Both the position numbers and the translations under genes were made by a program. Below are positions 46,294 to 47,602 of a DNA stretch of 47,602 nucleotides, in pieces; the first letter of the stretch is position 1, and each line of letters starts with the position of its first letter. Location: assembly GCA_964461035.1 (NCBI GenBank), contig CAYWRI010000004.1, positions 342 to 47,943 of the forward strand, written 5' to 3'. Under the pieces are notes generated by a model, which saw only the letters and a program-made list of their open reading frames with translations, did not search any database and was not told where the DNA came from. This DNA comes from an uncultured Methanosarcinales archaeon (GTDB lineage Archaea > Nanobdellota > Nanobdellia > Woesearchaeales > CAYZNE01).

Positions 46294-46749
46294 ATGGTAG
46301 AATTTAAACATTTGGTAAGGATTGCGAACACTGATATTAAAGGTGAAAAAGCTATTCTTTATGCTCTAAAAAAAATAAAAGGTGTTGGAGTTATGTATGC
46401 AAACATGGCATGCTACAATGCAGGTATAGATAAAACAAAAAAAGCAGGAGAATTAACTGCTGAAGAAATTAAAGTTCTTGAATCTGCTTTACTAAATCCT
46501 GAAGCACCTGCATGGATGTTAAACAGAAGAAAAGATCCTGAAACCGGTGAAGATAAACATCTTATAGGTTCTAACTTAATATTTACAAAAGATAATGATA
46601 TAAAATCTATGAAAAAGATAAAGTCCTATAGGGGCGTAAGACATATTCAAAGACTTCCTTCGAGAGGTCAGAGAACTAAATCAAACTTCAGAAGAAATAA
46701 AGGTAAGGCTGTATCAGGTCTTAAGAGAAAAGGAGTTATGAGAAAGTAA
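46294..46749 (+). CDS. rps13: 30S ribosomal protein S13
   Basis: VRIANTDI.G, IKGVG, WMLNRRKD.ETG, SYRGVRH...LP.RGQRTKSN. Confidence 0.97.
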   Translation: MVEFKHLVRIANTDIKGEKAILYALKKIKGVGVMYANMACYNAGIDKTKKAGELTAEEIKVLESALLNPEAPAWMLNRRKDPETGEDKHLIGSNLIFTKDNDIKSMKKIKSYRGVRHIQRLPSRGQRTKSNFRRNKGKAVSGLKRKGVMRK

Positions 46750-46764
46750 ACATAGGAGAATATA

Positions 46765-47602
46765 ATGGGAGATCCAAGAAAAATTCGAAAGAAATATGAA
46801 ACGCCTGTTCATCCTTGGCAAAAGGAAAGAATTCTTGAAGAACAGGTATTAATGAAAGAATATTCTTTGAAAAATAAAAAGGAAATTTGGAAATTCTCAT
46901 CATTTCTTAAAAAATATAAGGATCAAGCGAAAAAATTAATTGCTATGCGTGGTAAACAAGCAGATTTAGAAAGAAAACAAATGATGGATAAACTTAAATC
47001 ATATGGTTTAATAACAGCTAGCAGTGAAACTTTTGATGCAATATTTTCTCTTCAATTAAGAGATGTTTTAGATAGAATGTTACAAACAAGATTATTCAAG
47101 AAAGGACTTGCAAGAAGTATTAATCAAGCAAGACAATTTGTTGTTCATGGTCATGTTCTTATAGGTGATCAGAAAATAACTGCTCCAAGATATTTAGTTC
47201 GTGTAAATGAAGATCATTTAATTAATTTTGTTGTTTCATCTCCACTTTACTCTACTGAACATCCTGAAAGACCTAAACCAGAAACTAATAAATCTCCTGA
47301 AGAAGTTTCTAATGTTGATAAAGATAAAAATGTATCTAAGAAGAAAACTACTTCAAGTTCTAATATAAAATCTGAAAAACCTTCAGAAATTTCTAAAAAA
47401 ATAGAAAAAAAAGATTCTGTAGGTTCAACTAAGTCAAAAGCAGATAAAAAAGAAAAAAAAGAATCTGTTAAGGAAGATACTAATACTAAAGAAGAAGTGA
47501 AAGAGAAGAGTGAAACTGCTAAAAAGGTTGTTGATACTAAAGGAAACACTAATACTAAAGAAGAAGTGAAAGAGAAGAGTGAAACTGCTAAAAAGGTTGT
47601 TG
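46765..47602 (+). CDS. rps4: 30S ribosomal protein S4 with long charged extension (partial, runs off window end)
   Basis: Manual translation MGDPRKIRKKYETPVHPWQKERI...LQT..FKKGLARSINQARQFVVHGHV...HPER, then a K/E/S-rich tail; AGGAG SD. Confidence 0.95.
   Translation, partial: MGDPRKIRKKYETPVHPWQKERILEEQVLMKEYSLKNKKEIWKFSSFLKKYKDQAKKLIAMRGKQADLERKQMMDKLKSYGLITASSETFDAIFSLQLRDVLDRMLQTRLFKKGLARSINQARQFVVHGHVLIGDQKITAPRYLVRVNEDHLINFVVSSPLYSTEHPERPKPETNKSPEEVSNVDKDKNVSKKKTTSSSNIKSEKPSEISKKIEKKDSVGSTKSKADKKEKKESVKEDTNTKEEVKEKSETAKKVVDTKGNTNTKEEVKEKSETAKKVV
47479..47602 (+). repeat. 69-bp-period tandem repeat in the S4 tail
   Basis: 55 identical bp at 47479-47533 and 47548-47602 (TNTKEEVKEKSETAKKVV). 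Confidence 0.93.

Overview
AT-rich chromosomal segment of a DPANN archaeon, most likely Woesearchaeota (archaeal ribosomal proteins S19e/L39e/L31e/S7/L44e/S27e/S13/S4, pelota, Elp3, RFC, Kae1, form III-like RuBisCO, TATA-box promoters with many apparently leaderless genes). Housekeeping genes are interspersed with accessory genes and several decaying loci. It holds tRNA-Asn (12-nt intron), tRNA-Ile and a compact RNase P RNA; no CRISPR array, integrase or transposase was seen. The most notable signal is two unannotated, apparently leaderless short ORFs. One ends in a run of Asn codons directly upstream of asparaginyl-tRNA synthetase, and the other ends in Cys-Cys-Cys directly upstream of cysteine synthase. 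Each is followed by U-rich tracts, suggesting amino-acid-sensing leader-peptide attenuation in an archaeon. Other candidates: a two-member family fusing a degenerate nucleotidyltransferase-like domain to PEP-utilizer phospho-His domains (one copy in an HD/TrmB locus with a palindromic operator), a surface-protein/KaiC/membrane-protein operon, a four-hairpin array phased at 22 bp, and tandem NrdR boxes at the nrdR-RNR operon. All calls come from reading the sequence by eye; no database searches were run.
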